In this document: piece by piece, positions 8,601 to 18,782 of the stretch
How positions within the stretch are numbered: the first letter of the stretch is position 1
How the letters are laid out: each line of letters begins with the position of its first letter
NCBI GenBank assembly: GCA_964452145.1
Contig: CAYVLA010000005.1
Coordinates: 21,459-85,458, forward strand
From: Candidatus Hadarchaeota archaeon
GTDB lineage: Archaea > CAYQAE01 > CAYVLA01
Reading direction: 5' to 3'
Length of the DNA: 64,000 bases
The notes under the pieces: generated by a model
Seen by the model: only the letters and a program-made list of their open reading frames with translations
Told to the model about the DNA's origin: nothing
Database searches by the model: none
Translations under genes and position numbers: made by a program

Positions 8601-10106
8601 CTAGCTCGGGCTCGCCTCCGCGTCGAACCAGAAGGAATACAGCTCGGCTTCCTTGAGCCAGAAGTGCAGCCTTACCGCCCTGCCCTTCAGATCATGGAAG
8701 TCCTCATGGTCCGTCCATCCCATCATGGCATCGGTCGAATCTCCCGTGAAGACCGATCCCTCGTCAAATCCCCAGGAGGGGAGCCACTGCCCATCATCCA
8801 CCCCATCACCGCTGCGAACGGCGGCCCTGGTGTAACCACCATCCGCGGTCTTCGCATTCAGGTGCAGCCTGCCGCCGGGACACAGCAATGGTTTGGTCAG
8901 CATGTACCCTATCGTTGGCGTGCCGAGGGATACGAATCCATCCCGACGAAGTGTGGCCAAACAGAAGCTGACCTTGAGGTTCGGATCCCAGTGAAGCCCT
9001 TCGTAGCCCAGATAGTAGATGTAGAGCTTGTCGCCTCGCTCCACAATCCCCTGGCTGACCGTGATCATTCCCCAGTCAGGATCGATCCCCCAGACTCCGT
9101 TCTCAAGGAAGGTGGGTCTCTGCGGATGCCTCTCCCAGCGGATTCCATCCCGGCTCCATGCCAGCTGCACATCCATCTGTTCCGGCTTCCCGATGCGTCC
9201 ATCCTTCCATATCCGGGGCCCGGTCTTGTACCCCGCGTTGACAGCGTAGTACATGTGGAGGAAGCCGATGTAGATGCCCTGATAGGGCACAACGGTCAGG
9301 TCGTAGAGAAACGGGGGGTCCAGTTCGTCTGGATCGAACAGGACCACGGGCTGAGTCCATGAGCTGAGATCCTTGCTCTCCGAGTATGCCATCCTCCGTA
9401 TTTCGTGTGCATTCACCGTGGCTCGCCTGTATTGCATGAAGACCTCTCTGCCCGGGTTGTATACCACGTTGTTGTAGGTGTCGCTGCGCCCCCTGATGGC
9501 TGGATTCTCCGGCTGGTCTGCGAAATGGATTTCATCCTGGCTCAACGCCACTCGCACCTCGCCCGTGTGGCTACCCTCCGGCGACCATGAATAGAGCATC
9601 GCGAACCTGCCCTTGGACGCAAGGCATGGTGGAAGCATGATGACGCTGGCTGAGTTGAGGTAGCCCCCTCCGCCGGCCCAGAAGAGGTTATTTGCCTTGC
9701 TACCTTCCCAATCCACGATTCCCAGCTCCGGACGGTTGAAATGGATCCCGTCGATCGACTCGTAGTAGATGCCCATCCCGATCTGCTTTCCCTCGACCTT
9801 CCCGTAGAGGCAGGTCCAGAAGCGTATCTTATCTTCATCATCAATAAGGCATCCAGCGGTAAGCTTGCAGCCCGTTTCCCAGGACTTGTCGGGCTTGATC
9901 AGCGGATTGCCCTCGTACTTGTCGGGCTTGTGAACGGTCCTGAAGCAGTTCCAAGTCGTGTCAACCACATGTCTGTCCATGAGCAACTGACGAACGCTGC
10001 CGACGCGAACCGGCTCCGATGGAACTATGCTGTGGGACCCAGCTATCAGGCGATTAGGGTGGAAATAGGGCCTGCCATCATCGAGGATCTTCTTCATCCA
10101 AGTCAA
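8601..10106 (-). CDS. Putative glycoside hydrolase with five-bladed beta-propeller fold (GH32/43/130-like), uncharacterised
   Basis: Repeated SxDGxxF/W Asp-box-like motifs, KYEGNPLI, LAWSRDGIRW, LATLRRDGFVSL and a C-terminal LYSFWF. Confidence 0.6.
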   Translation of the reverse strand: MTWMKKILDDGRPYFHPNRLIAGSHSIVPSEPVRVGSVRQLLMDRHVVDTTWNCFRTVHKPDKYEGNPLIKPDKSWETGCKLTAGCLIDDEDKIRFWTCLYGKVEGKQIGMGIYYESIDGIHFNRPELGIVDWEGSKANNLFWAGGGGYLNSASVIMLPPCLASKGRFAMLYSWSPEGSHTGEVRVALSQDEIHFADQPENPAIRGRSDTYNNVVYNPGREVFMQYRRATVNAHEIRRMAYSESKDLSSWTQPVVLFDPDELDPPFLYDLTVVPYQGIYIGFLHMYYAVNAGYKTGPRIWKDGRIGKPEQMDVQLAWSRDGIRWERHPQRPTFLENGVWGIDPDWGMITVSQGIVERGDKLYIYYLGYEGLHWDPNLKVSFCLATLRRDGFVSLGTPTIGYMLTKPLLCPGGRLHLNAKTADGGYTRAAVRSGDGVDDGQWLPSWGFDEGSVFTGDSTDAMMGWTDHEDFHDLKGRAVRLHFWLKEAELYSFWFDAEASPS

Positions 10107-10494
10107 GGAGATCGGTGGCTCTGCTCGCCGAACCAGATAAATCCATTCCCTAGTGTAGTGGTAGTGGACCTTGACACTTCAACGTAGCAGCCATCCTGTT
10201 CGTGCCGATATTCTTCTTCTGAGGCCTTGCTGAGAGGGCAGTTCAACCACGAGGCACCAAAACTTAGTACTGCAACGGCGAAGTTGTGGGTCGGCTGATC
10301 CCGAGTCCGTCTGCGCCTCAGGGGGCCATCGACTGCGAATCAGATCTAGGATGACAGAGGGGTCGGTTAGGCCGTGGATGGGGGGCTGGGAGGTTTGGGT
10401 GCCCCGCTGTCCGAAGCACATATCTGGATAGTCTGGCACATCCGGAACCGAGGGGCTGATCGTGTCCGCAGAGAACACACGTGGGCATGTGCCT

Positions 10495-11778
10495 ATGACC
10501 AACCCGGAGGGCGTTCTTGCCCTACACGAGACGGACTACGGGCACTCCGTCAGCTGGGTCCACCTGGGCGGGGAACGCATACTGATGCTCGTCAAGGGCG
10601 GAGCATTCCGAACCTCTGACGATGGCGGCCTGACTTGGTCAGAGGAGTTTCGAGGCCTTGACGAAAGGGGCGATGGCGTTCGGAATGCCACCGCACTCGT
10701 CAGTCTGGGTGGCACAGGAGTGGGTCTAGTCGCCCAACACAGGCCCCAGGAAGCGGCAAACTTCTATGACCAGCAGCTGCTCTTCCGGCGAAGCGACGAT
10801 GAAGGTAGGACTTGGTCGGAGGCGAAGATCGTGAACCCAAGGGGGCCTGCCGCCTTCGTATGGCAGGACATGCTGCTGCGCACCAGCTCGGGAAGGATCA
10901 TACTGCCAGCGTATCTCAGCATCGGCCAGGGAAGCTTCCAGCAGGAGGGCACGGGGTTCGTGGGAGGATTCGTCAACGGCAATTTCGTCTCGACCGATGC
11001 CCACTTCCTCGACCCCCACTTCGGTGCGAGCTTGGTCTTCTACAGCGACGACGAGGGGAGTACCTGGAAGAGGAATAGAGATGGCGAGCTCTTCGTGGTT
11101 CTGGAGCCCGGCGGCCCCTTCCAATCCACATTTGAACCTTCCGTGACCGAGGTCGCCCCCAACAAACTGTATATGATAATGCGCACCAACCTCGGCCGAT
11201 ATTTCCAGGCATGGTCCTACGATTGCGGAGAGACTTGGACCCGGCCGCAACCCAGCCATCTGGCCGGTACGCATGCACCGGCGCAGGTTCGCACACTGCC
11301 CAACGGCCATCTGCTGTGCGTCTTCACTCAGCAAAGCGAGGAGGAGATCCGCAGGGGTTTCATCCGCAGCAGGTTGTCCTCCGCGGTGAGCTGCACTGGC
11401 GGCAAGGTATGGGAGCATTTCCAGAATGTTGAGTCAATTCACCCCGAGCCGTACGTACCCCCGGGCCCCATCGCCAACATCCGCCCGGAGGGACGTTTCT
11501 CGGTCGCCGAGGCAGGCAACCCCGAAGGGGATGCTAGATTCATCACGCCTCTGCCCGTTGGATATGGCAGATGGTCCTATCCGTCGGTCCTAGTCCTGAA
11601 GGACAGGGTGCTGATCGCCCACACGTACTCCTGGCACGATGAGATGGGTAGGAGACGCGGCATCAAGCAGGGTTGCAACGCAAGGATCAAGGTTCTGCCT
11701 CTGTCTTGGCTGTATGGGGGAAGGGAACCCTACGACAACCTGGATCTCCTCAAGCTGCAAGAGGCCGCGAGACCGTAG
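10495..11778 (+). CDS. Sialidase-like BNR/Asp-box repeat protein (GH33-like)
   Basis: Five Asp boxes (SDDGGLTW, SDDEGRTW, SDDEGSTW, SYDCGETW, SCTGGKVW); EP and SYPS motifs. Confidence 0.8.
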   Translation: MTNPEGVLALHETDYGHSVSWVHLGGERILMLVKGGAFRTSDDGGLTWSEEFRGLDERGDGVRNATALVSLGGTGVGLVAQHRPQEAANFYDQQLLFRRSDDEGRTWSEAKIVNPRGPAAFVWQDMLLRTSSGRIILPAYLSIGQGSFQQEGTGFVGGFVNGNFVSTDAHFLDPHFGASLVFYSDDEGSTWKRNRDGELFVVLEPGGPFQSTFEPSVTEVAPNKLYMIMRTNLGRYFQAWSYDCGETWTRPQPSHLAGTHAPAQVRTLPNGHLLCVFTQQSEEEIRRGFIRSRLSSAVSCTGGKVWEHFQNVESIHPEPYVPPGPIANIRPEGRFSVAEAGNPEGDARFITPLPVGYGRWSYPSVLVLKDRVLIAHTYSWHDEMGRRRGIKQGCNARIKVLPLSWLYGGREPYDNLDLLKLQEAARP

Positions 11779-11780
11779 CC

Positions 11781-11804
11781 AACGGGCCAATCATTGGCCT
11801 TGTT
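11781..11804. terminator. Inverted repeat just after the sialidase-like stop (possible terminator or processing hairpin)
   Basis: Core GGCCAAT-C-ATTGGCC at 11785-11799, in the gap between convergent genes. Confidence 0.3.
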
Positions 11805-12117
11805 CAGGTCATTCATCAGATCTGCAAGATGGGCGGCACCGATGTGCCCAGGCCACCGGCCCGATCATCTCACCACTGTTTCTCGTCAGCGGCTTCCATT
11901 GGACGATCTGCAACGCCAGCTCCTCGGCCCCGATATCGCTGTCTCTCCTTCATCTGTCGATGTGAGGTGTCCTCTTTTCCCTTACAGCCCCCTGTCTTCG
12001 CCGTCTTTGCATAGCGTGGACGAAGTCTGAGTCATCGAATGCTGCGGATTCTTCTACCTATAGTGCAGAGGGCCCGCAGGGCATGTTGATACCGTTCGGG
12101 TACCGAGCGCGATGGGC

Positions 12118-13119
12118 TCAGGCCTTGTCCTTCAGCCAGGGCATCATCGCCCTTATCCGGGCCCCGACCCCCTCTATTGGGTGCTCGGATTCAAGCCTCT
12201 CCAAAGCCTTGAACGACGGCCTGCCCGCCTGGTTCTCCAGTATCCATTCCCGGGCAAACTCGCCTGTCTGTATCTCGTCCAAGATCGTCCACATCTCGTC
12301 TCTCACCGACTCGTCTATGACGCGTCTGCCCCGCGTCATGTCGCCGTACTCGGCCGTGTCCGAGACCCGCCTCCTCATCCCCATGATGCCTTCAGCGTGT
12401 ATCATGTCGACTATTAGCTTCAGCTCGTGGCAGACCTCAAGATAGGCGCACTCCGGCTGATACCCCGCCTCCACGAGGACATCGAACCCTGCCTTGACCA
12501 GCTCCGAGACCCCGCCGCAAAGGACGCATTGCTCTCCGAAGAGGTCGGTCTCCGTTTCCTCGGCGAAGCTGGTTTCCAGGACCCCGGCCCTGGAGCATCC
12601 CAAGCCCTTCGCATATGCCAGGGCCATCTGCAAGGCCTTGCCGGTAGCGTCCTGATGGACTGCCACCAGGGCTGGGACGCCTTTGCCCTGCTCGTACATC
12701 CTGCGCACCAAGCTGCCCGGCCCCTTGGGGGCTATCATGAACACGTCCACGTCCTTGGGTGGCTCGATCTGGTGGTAGTGGATGTTGAATCCGTGGGCGA
12801 AGACCAATGCCTTTCCCGCTTGGAGATTGGGTGCAATATCGCTTTTGTAGACTCTCGGCTGGACATCGTCCTGGGTGAGAAGGGCGATGACATCGGCTGC
12901 CTTCGCCAACTCCGAAGTCGTCATTACCCTCCACCCCATCCCCTCAGCCCTCCTCCAAGCCTCGCTACCCGGAAGTTCGCTAACTATGACATTCACTCCG
13001 CTGTCCTTAAGGTTCATGGAGTGGGCGCTTCCCTGTATTCCCGCACCGCCCACGATCCCGACCGTCTTGCCTTTCAGGTGGCCGAGGTCGGCGTCCTTGT
13101 CGTAGTATATGACGGCCAT
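12118..13119 (-). CDS. ilvC: Ketol-acid reductoisomerase (class I)
   Basis: [52 protein letters not shown]. Confidence 0.97.
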   Translation of the reverse strand: MAVIYYDKDADLGHLKGKTVGIVGGAGIQGSAHSMNLKDSGVNVIVSELPGSEAWRRAEGMGWRVMTTSELAKAADVIALLTQDDVQPRVYKSDIAPNLQAGKALVFAHGFNIHYHQIEPPKDVDVFMIAPKGPGSLVRRMYEQGKGVPALVAVHQDATGKALQMALAYAKGLGCSRAGVLETSFAEETETDLFGEQCVLCGGVSELVKAGFDVLVEAGYQPECAYLEVCHELKLIVDMIHAEGIMGMRRRVSDTAEYGDMTRGRRVIDESVRDEMWTILDEIQTGEFAREWILENQAGRPSFKALERLESEHPIEGVGARIRAMMPWLKDKA

Positions 13120-13266
13120 TCACATCCTCGGACGGCCCTCCTGATCCCGACTTATAACTATAACCAGCTCTGCAGCTCTGCATCCAGTCCTTGGACCAGC
13201 GCGGGCCGGGAGGGTCTACGGTGTGCTTGCTGGAATGCAAAAGAGAAATCAAGGCTGGGCGAAAGC

Positions 13267-14160
13267 ATGGTCACCATGTTCAGTGAGATCGGAGTCTCAA
13301 CCTGGTGTTGCGTGGATCGACCCATAGGACAGGCTCTCATACTCATCGAGGAGGCTGGATACCGCAGGATCGAGATCTGGGGCGACGATCCCATACACTT
13401 CGATCCGGATAACCCCGAAGCCGTTGCGAGCCTCAAGGACCGGATCTCGTCAACGACCCTTGAGGCGGAATCGCTGCATGCCCCCTTCGGCAGGCACATG
13501 GATATATCAAGCCCGGACGAATCCACGAGGACTAGCGCCGTCAGACACGTTGTTGGGTATCTCCAGGTGGCCAGGGATCTCTCCCTTAACTACCTTGTGA
13601 TCCATCCGGGCCACCTCATGCAGCATGGAGAAGAGCCCGAGAGGTACAGAATGGCGGTTCGGAGTCTGGAGGCGATCTGCCCACAGGCCCGGGACCGGGG
13701 GGTGGAGGTCTGCGTCGAGAACCTTATCAGTGGTCCCATAGTCTCAGAGTCTTGGCCTGAAGGATATCCCGCCAAAGCAGCTTTCAGGGGCCACGATCTC
13801 CTCGTCTTCTGCGACACGCTTCCCAAGGTGTTGCATCTGGTGAGATCGGTGGAAGGCGTTTGCCCCGGGATCTGCGTCGACACCAGCCACGCAAACGTCA
13901 TGGGAAACGTGGCGGAGGAGATAGAGATATGCGGAGATGCGATTCGCCGCACGCACATCTCCGACAACTTCGGCCAGAAGGACGACCACCTCCCGCCAGG
14001 CGACGGCGAGATCGAATGGAGATCTGTCCTGCGAAGCCTTGATCGGATCCGTTACTCAGGCACCCTCCTCTTGGAGGTGGCCGGTGGCGATGATCCGGCA
14101 TCAAGAGTCTCCCGGGCAAGACTAAGTATGAGCGCCATGCTTTCAGGTTGGAGGAGCTGA
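13267..14160 (+). CDS. Sugar phosphate isomerase/epimerase (AP endonuclease 2 TIM barrel)
   Basis: SLHAPF, VIHPG, VEN, DTSHA, HISDN, DDHLPPGDG, LEV metal ligands. Confidence 0.88.
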   Translation: MVTMFSEIGVSTWCCVDRPIGQALILIEEAGYRRIEIWGDDPIHFDPDNPEAVASLKDRISSTTLEAESLHAPFGRHMDISSPDESTRTSAVRHVVGYLQVARDLSLNYLVIHPGHLMQHGEEPERYRMAVRSLEAICPQARDRGVEVCVENLISGPIVSESWPEGYPAKAAFRGHDLLVFCDTLPKVLHLVRSVEGVCPGICVDTSHANVMGNVAEEIEICGDAIRRTHISDNFGQKDDHLPPGDGEIEWRSVLRSLDRIRYSGTLLLEVAGGDDPASRVSRARLSMSAMLSGWRS

Positions 14161-14161
14161 C

Positions 14162-15043
14162 ATGGCCGTGAACGTCCTCTCGGGCTACTTCAGCAGACCT
14201 ATCAGGATCGTGGACGCACACATCCATTTCTGGTCACAGAATGACGTACCGCTAATCCTCGGTGAGGTGAGACGGCTCGGCATCGAGAAGGTATGTGCAT
14301 CATCCCTGGCTGACTGGGACTGGTCAGCGGCCGAGGACCCACATGCGGGGAACTCGATGGTTTTTGCCGCCGCCGATGGGAACCCCGAGGTTCTGGGCTA
14401 TGTCTACGTGGATCCTAGGTACAGGCAGCAAGCCCTGGATGAGATCGATAGGTTCATAGGGCATCCAGCCATGATCGGGATCAAGCTCTGGATTTCCTGC
14501 CCGGCCAATGACCCAGTCATTCACCCCCTTGTCGAGGTGGCTGCCGAGGAGGGACTGGCAGTCCTCGTCCATGCATGGAGAAGAGGCACCAGGCTCTCCA
14601 GAGGCTACCAGACCCTTCCCTGCCAGGTGGCCGAGCTGGCATCCTGCTTTCCGGATGTGGCATTCATAATGGCGCACGTGGGCGGCGACTGGGAGCAGGG
14701 CGCTTGGGAGGTTGCCGACCAGAAGAACGTCTGCGTGGACACCTGCGGCTCCATCAACGAGGCCGGGATGGTCGAAACCGCGGTGGAAGCCCTTGGAGCC
14801 CGCAGGGTCCTCTACGGATCGGACGCGCCGGGTTCGGGTTTTCTATCCAACCTTGGCAAGATCGTGTCGGCCAGGATCACGGAGGAGGAGAAGGAGCTTG
14901 TCCTATCAGGCAACATGGACAGGCTGCTCCAAGGCCTCCATCGACCGGCTAAAGACGGAGGTTCCGCAAGCGTGGTTCTCGCCCGTGATCGTGGATCAGG
15001 CGCGGTAGCAGGTCTGGGCAGGAAAGGTCGCGACCTTGACTAG
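14162..15043 (+). CDS. Amidohydrolase family protein (Amidohydro_2)
   Basis: DAHIH, GIKL, LVHAW, MAHVGG, YGSDAP. Confidence 0.88.
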   Translation: MAVNVLSGYFSRPIRIVDAHIHFWSQNDVPLILGEVRRLGIEKVCASSLADWDWSAAEDPHAGNSMVFAAADGNPEVLGYVYVDPRYRQQALDEIDRFIGHPAMIGIKLWISCPANDPVIHPLVEVAAEEGLAVLVHAWRRGTRLSRGYQTLPCQVAELASCFPDVAFIMAHVGGDWEQGAWEVADQKNVCVDTCGSINEAGMVETAVEALGARRVLYGSDAPGSGFLSNLGKIVSARITEEEKELVLSGNMDRLLQGLHRPAKDGGSASVVLARDRGSGAVAGLGRKGRDLD

Positions 15044-16295
15044 GCCCTTCGGGAACGGCGATCGTGTGCATCCCATACAGGCCACGGCCTCGATGACGAT
15101 CCTCTTGATCCTGATGAGTTCGTGCGGAGCTGGGGAGAGACCTGGAAAGATCAAGGTGCTGGGCCTGGCCAAGGGCCACGAGTCCACCGTTCTCGTCTCG
15201 TGGTTCACCGCAGAGCCCTCCACTGATCCCCTGATCATTGCAACTCGGGGCGACCAATGGGCGATGGGATCCGATATTCAGAGATACATGAGGATCTACT
15301 TTCCTAGAAACCACCAGGAGCTTCTCCGATACGAGTTCATCATCATGGCCCAGGTTGACCTGAGCTTCGTCACCGCCGAGCAGCAGAGTTGGATGTACGA
15401 TGCCTTCACCAACCATGCCAAGGGCGGGGTGAACACTCGAAGCGTGATGAGCGCCCTTTCCCCGTTCAAGGAGTTGTGGAGAGACAGCATCCTCTCGAAG
15501 GCCTTCCCAAACGACGTCGACGCGGTGCTGGCCTACGAGGGCGAAGGAGCCCAGGGTGCAATCAAGATCGTGGATGACCCCGGTCTCCCGAACATAATGA
15601 GATCCTTCAAGCCCTACATAGAACCGATCTTCCCGACCCACGGAGGCCTTGTGACCGTGCCCCGGCCAGGCTCGCGCATACTATCCTACATGCTGGATCG
15701 AAGCTGGCCGGGCCCGCCGGCACCCGGTCAGGTTGGCCATGTCTTCTACTGGCACTGGAACAAGTCTGTCACATTCACCTTTGAGGACATGGTCACATGG
15801 GATTTCTGGAAGGGCCGAGAGCGATGGAACCCCTACGCCCTGGACATCATCGCCAACATAGTGTGGTTCAGCACCGGGAGGGACCTGCCGCCTGACCCCA
15901 TCAGGATCCACGAACTCAGGCGGGATCTGTTCAACTTCCGCATCCGGCGATCCATTCTGATGAGCCTTCTGGATTTTGCAGAGAAGTTCGGGGCCAACCC
16001 TTCAAACTTGTATGCCAAGCTGGTCGGGGTGGACGAGATGATGGGGCAAGGCGGAGCTCTTTATCTTGACTGGGAGTTCGATCCGGCGGCTCAACGCATC
16101 AAGGAGGCAGTGGCAGGTTTGAGACAACTCGAGACGGAAGCATCGGAGCTGAAGGATCGTGCGCTCTTCTGGATATTCCTCCTCGAGTGGCTTGTGACTG
16201 CCGGGGTGTCGCTCTTGGCGGGGATCGTGCTATGGTCCATCATGGTGAGGAGGGCGCTTTACAGGGATGTAGCGACGACCAGGGGGGCAAGGTGA
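15036..16295 (+). CDS. Membrane-anchored surface protein, paralog 1 of the seven-member family
   Basis: N-terminal hydrophobic segment, RIYFPR, FAEKFGAN, C-terminal TM ALFWIFLLEW...MVRRALYRDVATTR. Confidence 0.8.
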   Translation: MTRPFGNGDRVHPIQATASMTILLILMSSCGAGERPGKIKVLGLAKGHESTVLVSWFTAEPSTDPLIIATRGDQWAMGSDIQRYMRIYFPRNHQELLRYEFIIMAQVDLSFVTAEQQSWMYDAFTNHAKGGVNTRSVMSALSPFKELWRDSILSKAFPNDVDAVLAYEGEGAQGAIKIVDDPGLPNIMRSFKPYIEPIFPTHGGLVTVPRPGSRILSYMLDRSWPGPPAPGQVGHVFYWHWNKSVTFTFEDMVTWDFWKGRERWNPYALDIIANIVWFSTGRDLPPDPIRIHELRRDLFNFRIRRSILMSLLDFAEKFGANPSNLYAKLVGVDEMMGQGGALYLDWEFDPAAQRIKEAVAGLRQLETEASELKDRALFWIFLLEWLVTAGVSLLAGIVLWSIMVRRALYRDVATTRGAR

Positions 16296-16468
16296 TGAGA
16301 TGCTCCGTTGGGGTGAGATGAGCAGGACGAAGGTTGCCGCCGAACCAGCTCGGTTGCTCTGCTTTAGGCGAGCATCTGCTTGTCTCGGAGGGGCAGGACA
16401 TGCCAGCACGACGGAAATCCGCCGAGTCAACAAAGTCTCGGCCGATCTGTTTGCAGGGCATCAGCTCG

Positions 16469-17686
16469 TCAGCCTAAGCGCGTCGACTTCACCATTCTGT
16501 ACATCTTCCTCCTGATCATGAGAGCCCACAGAAGGGAACCCGAAAGAAACAGCGTCGACGAGGTGACCAGCCACTCCACCACGTAGACCCAGATCAGCGC
16601 TGCGTTCTTCTCCCTCCTTGCCATTTCTTCTGCCTGAGGGAACTGGTTCAGGGCGGAGAGGATCTTTCCCTCCGAGGCCACGAACTCCTGGTCAAGGTAG
16701 TCCGCGGCGGCCATCGCGTACATCCCTTCCAATCTCCTCATCTCCTCCTCAAGTTTCAGCGTGTTCGCCCCGAACTTATCGATGAAGTCCTTGAGGGATA
16801 TCAGAACGGCCATCCTCGATTTGTACTCGGCGAAGTTGGACTTGACCCTGTGGAAGACCTCTGCATCGTCGATGAGCTTCCGGGTCGTGCAGTAGAATAT
16901 CATGTTCATGAGGATGTCGGGCGAATACTGGTTGGCCGATGGAGATGTTGGGTATGCGAACCAACCGTTTCCCATGAAGTCACCCGTCGTGATCGTCCTT
17001 CCCTTCTCGTAGTCCCACACGGCTATGTACGGCACCTTGCCCAGAACTGGGAAGTTGCCCTCCTGCCACGCCATGAGTCCGGCCGCCTCCCTGGGGATGA
17101 CCATTCTTGATGCGGCGATACACGAGACCTGTTCGACTCCGTAGAGTACATAGGGAGTGAGGACCGGGTCGGGGAAGTCCCGGTTGATTATGACACGGTA
17201 GTAAAGCGAACCTGCCTCGCCCGCTCCCCTGGCCGCAACAGCCTGGGCATCGTTGGGAAAGGCCTTCGCGGTGAGCGAGTTGGCCCAAGCTAGGTGGATC
17301 TGGGCAACGATGCTGAAAACGCTCCCATCGTTGATTCCTCCTGTTCCCTCCTTGATGGCCTCGTACATCCATTGGTCCTGCTTGGGTGTGAAGAGATTGT
17401 ACTCGGGCTGGGCCAGCATTATGAAATCGAAGGTTTTCATTTCCTCCAATGTGCGGGGGAAGTAGAGCCTGATGAGCTTGAGCAGATCATCCTGCCGAAG
17501 TAGCCTTTCGTCTCGGGAAGGCACTGGCACCCACACGACCAGCGGCTCGACCCGGAAGAACCTCTCCACGGCGTCGAGCAGTCCCACATTGCCGGTGGCA
17601 AGCAACTTGATCCTTTTGGCGTCAACTCCGGTGTCAACAATGACGAGGCACAGAACAATCAGGAGAACCCGGAACGCCAACTTCAC
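16469..17686 (-). CDS. Membrane-anchored surface protein, paralog 2
   Basis: GTG start ~26 nt below a TTTATAT box (17712-17718); signal peptide, RLYFPR, FIDKFGAN, ALIWVYVVEW...MIRRKMYRMVKSTR. Confidence 0.8.
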   Translation of the reverse strand: MKLAFRVLLIVLCLVIVDTGVDAKRIKLLATGNVGLLDAVERFFRVEPLVVWVPVPSRDERLLRQDDLLKLIRLYFPRTLEEMKTFDFIMLAQPEYNLFTPKQDQWMYEAIKEGTGGINDGSVFSIVAQIHLAWANSLTAKAFPNDAQAVAARGAGEAGSLYYRVIINRDFPDPVLTPYVLYGVEQVSCIAASRMVIPREAAGLMAWQEGNFPVLGKVPYIAVWDYEKGRTITTGDFMGNGWFAYPTSPSANQYSPDILMNMIFYCTTRKLIDDAEVFHRVKSNFAEYKSRMAVLISLKDFIDKFGANTLKLEEEMRRLEGMYAMAAADYLDQEFVASEGKILSALNQFPQAEEMARREKNAALIWVYVVEWLVTSSTLFLSGSLLWALMIRRKMYRMVKSTRLG

Positions 17687-17725
17687 GTTTGCGCCCAACC
17701 GTCCGCGGTCAATATAAAGCTTGCC

Positions 17726-17745
17726 GGCCCAGGCCCAGGCCCAGG
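17726..17745. repeat. Tandem hexamer (GGCCCA)3 immediately upstream of the minus-strand TATA box
   Basis: GGCCCAGGCCCAGGCCCAGG. Confidence 0.6.
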
Positions 17746-17836
17746 TCTGGCTCCTTGTCCCTTCAGCCGCCTCAGACTCCAACAGGGCAGATTCGAACAT
17801 GTTGCACTCTGCGTAGGGCTCCGGTCTTGAGTGTGC

Positions 17837-17877
17837 CGTGTGTATGTGTATGCTCGTCTGCGCGTATGCGTATGCGC
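17837..17877. repeat. Two alternating purine-pyrimidine tracts containing the direct repeat GYGTATGYGTATGC
   Basis: GTGTATGTGTATGC (17840-17853) and GCGTATGCGTATGC (17862-17875), just upstream of BRE/TATA CCGAAATAGATTTATC. Confidence 0.6.
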
Positions 17878-17924
17878 CGAAATAGATTTATCCAAGAATC
17901 CGCGGGTGAGGCCATCTCCCAGGG

Positions 17925-18782
17925 ATGGACGAGGTAGTTCTGATGGCTCTCGACAAGAGGGTGATCGGCCTTGCGCTGATGTCACTGATCGTGTCTGCTC
18001 TGATAGTATTCACCCTCGCCGGTGAGAGGGCCGACCAACCAGTGGAGATCCTGAAGAACCAGTACCCGTCGGTGCTACCCGCGGGCGAGACCACCTTCAC
18101 GTTCTCGCTTGTTGCAAGGCAGAGAATTGCGAACCTTGAGATAAGATTCTTGACGGCAACGCCGGTGGTTCCAGGGCAAGGCGATCTGGTCGATCCCGAT
18201 CTAAGATATGGCCCGGGGGACACACCTAGGCAGGTCCTGGCCAACGTGGCCAAGCTCGTCTGGTTCACGAACAGATCGGCCGCGTTAGGGATCCATCCTT
18301 ATGAGATTGCCGGAACCTTCGAACACGGAGATGCGCAATCGGCTTTCCTTCTCCAAGACTACAGCATTCCCCTACAAGCTGTACTAGGCGAGGATGCGGC
18401 ACTGGTCCCGCCCCTAGTGTTCGGCGCAATCATGAACGAGACGGGCCATGCCCGGTATCTCGAAGGCAGGCCCGACTTCTTCGCATTCCCTGGGCTGAAC
18501 ATCAACGTCCTCACGATTTCGCATAACGATGACGAGGTAAGGTACGTCCCCGACGAGAAGGTCTGGGAAGGCTCCGATAGGCTCCCGATGTCCCAGGCAC
18601 CCAGGGGCACCCTGAAGCTTAGATCCGTCGAAAGGGATGATACCGTAACGGTGATCGCCACAATCGATCCGAAGACCTTCCCGCCCCCTTCGTACCGAAA
18701 GGACATCGCACTGATCCAGGTGATTCTGATCTATGTAGACGGCGACCTCTTTGGCGAGCCCATAGTGAACGTGGTGAGGTGA
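17925..18782 (+). CDS. Hypothetical exported or membrane-anchored protein
   Basis: N-terminal TM (VIGLALMSLIVSALIVFTLA); TATA upstream; GTGA overlap with the next gene. Confidence 0.7.
   Translation: MDEVVLMALDKRVIGLALMSLIVSALIVFTLAGERADQPVEILKNQYPSVLPAGETTFTFSLVARQRIANLEIRFLTATPVVPGQGDLVDPDLRYGPGDTPRQVLANVAKLVWFTNRSAALGIHPYEIAGTFEHGDAQSAFLLQDYSIPLQAVLGEDAALVPPLVFGAIMNETGHARYLEGRPDFFAFPGLNINVLTISHNDDEVRYVPDEKVWEGSDRLPMSQAPRGTLKLRSVERDDTVTVIATIDPKTFPPPSYRKDIALIQVILIYVDGDLFGEPIVNVVR

Noticed and set aside
12427..13266. Apparent N-terminal extension making the isomerase a 577-aa ORF
   Set aside because: It is the antisense shadow of ilvC; the domain starts near 13267. Similar over-extended starts were trimmed for the 7558, 27315, 35781 and 58746 ORFs
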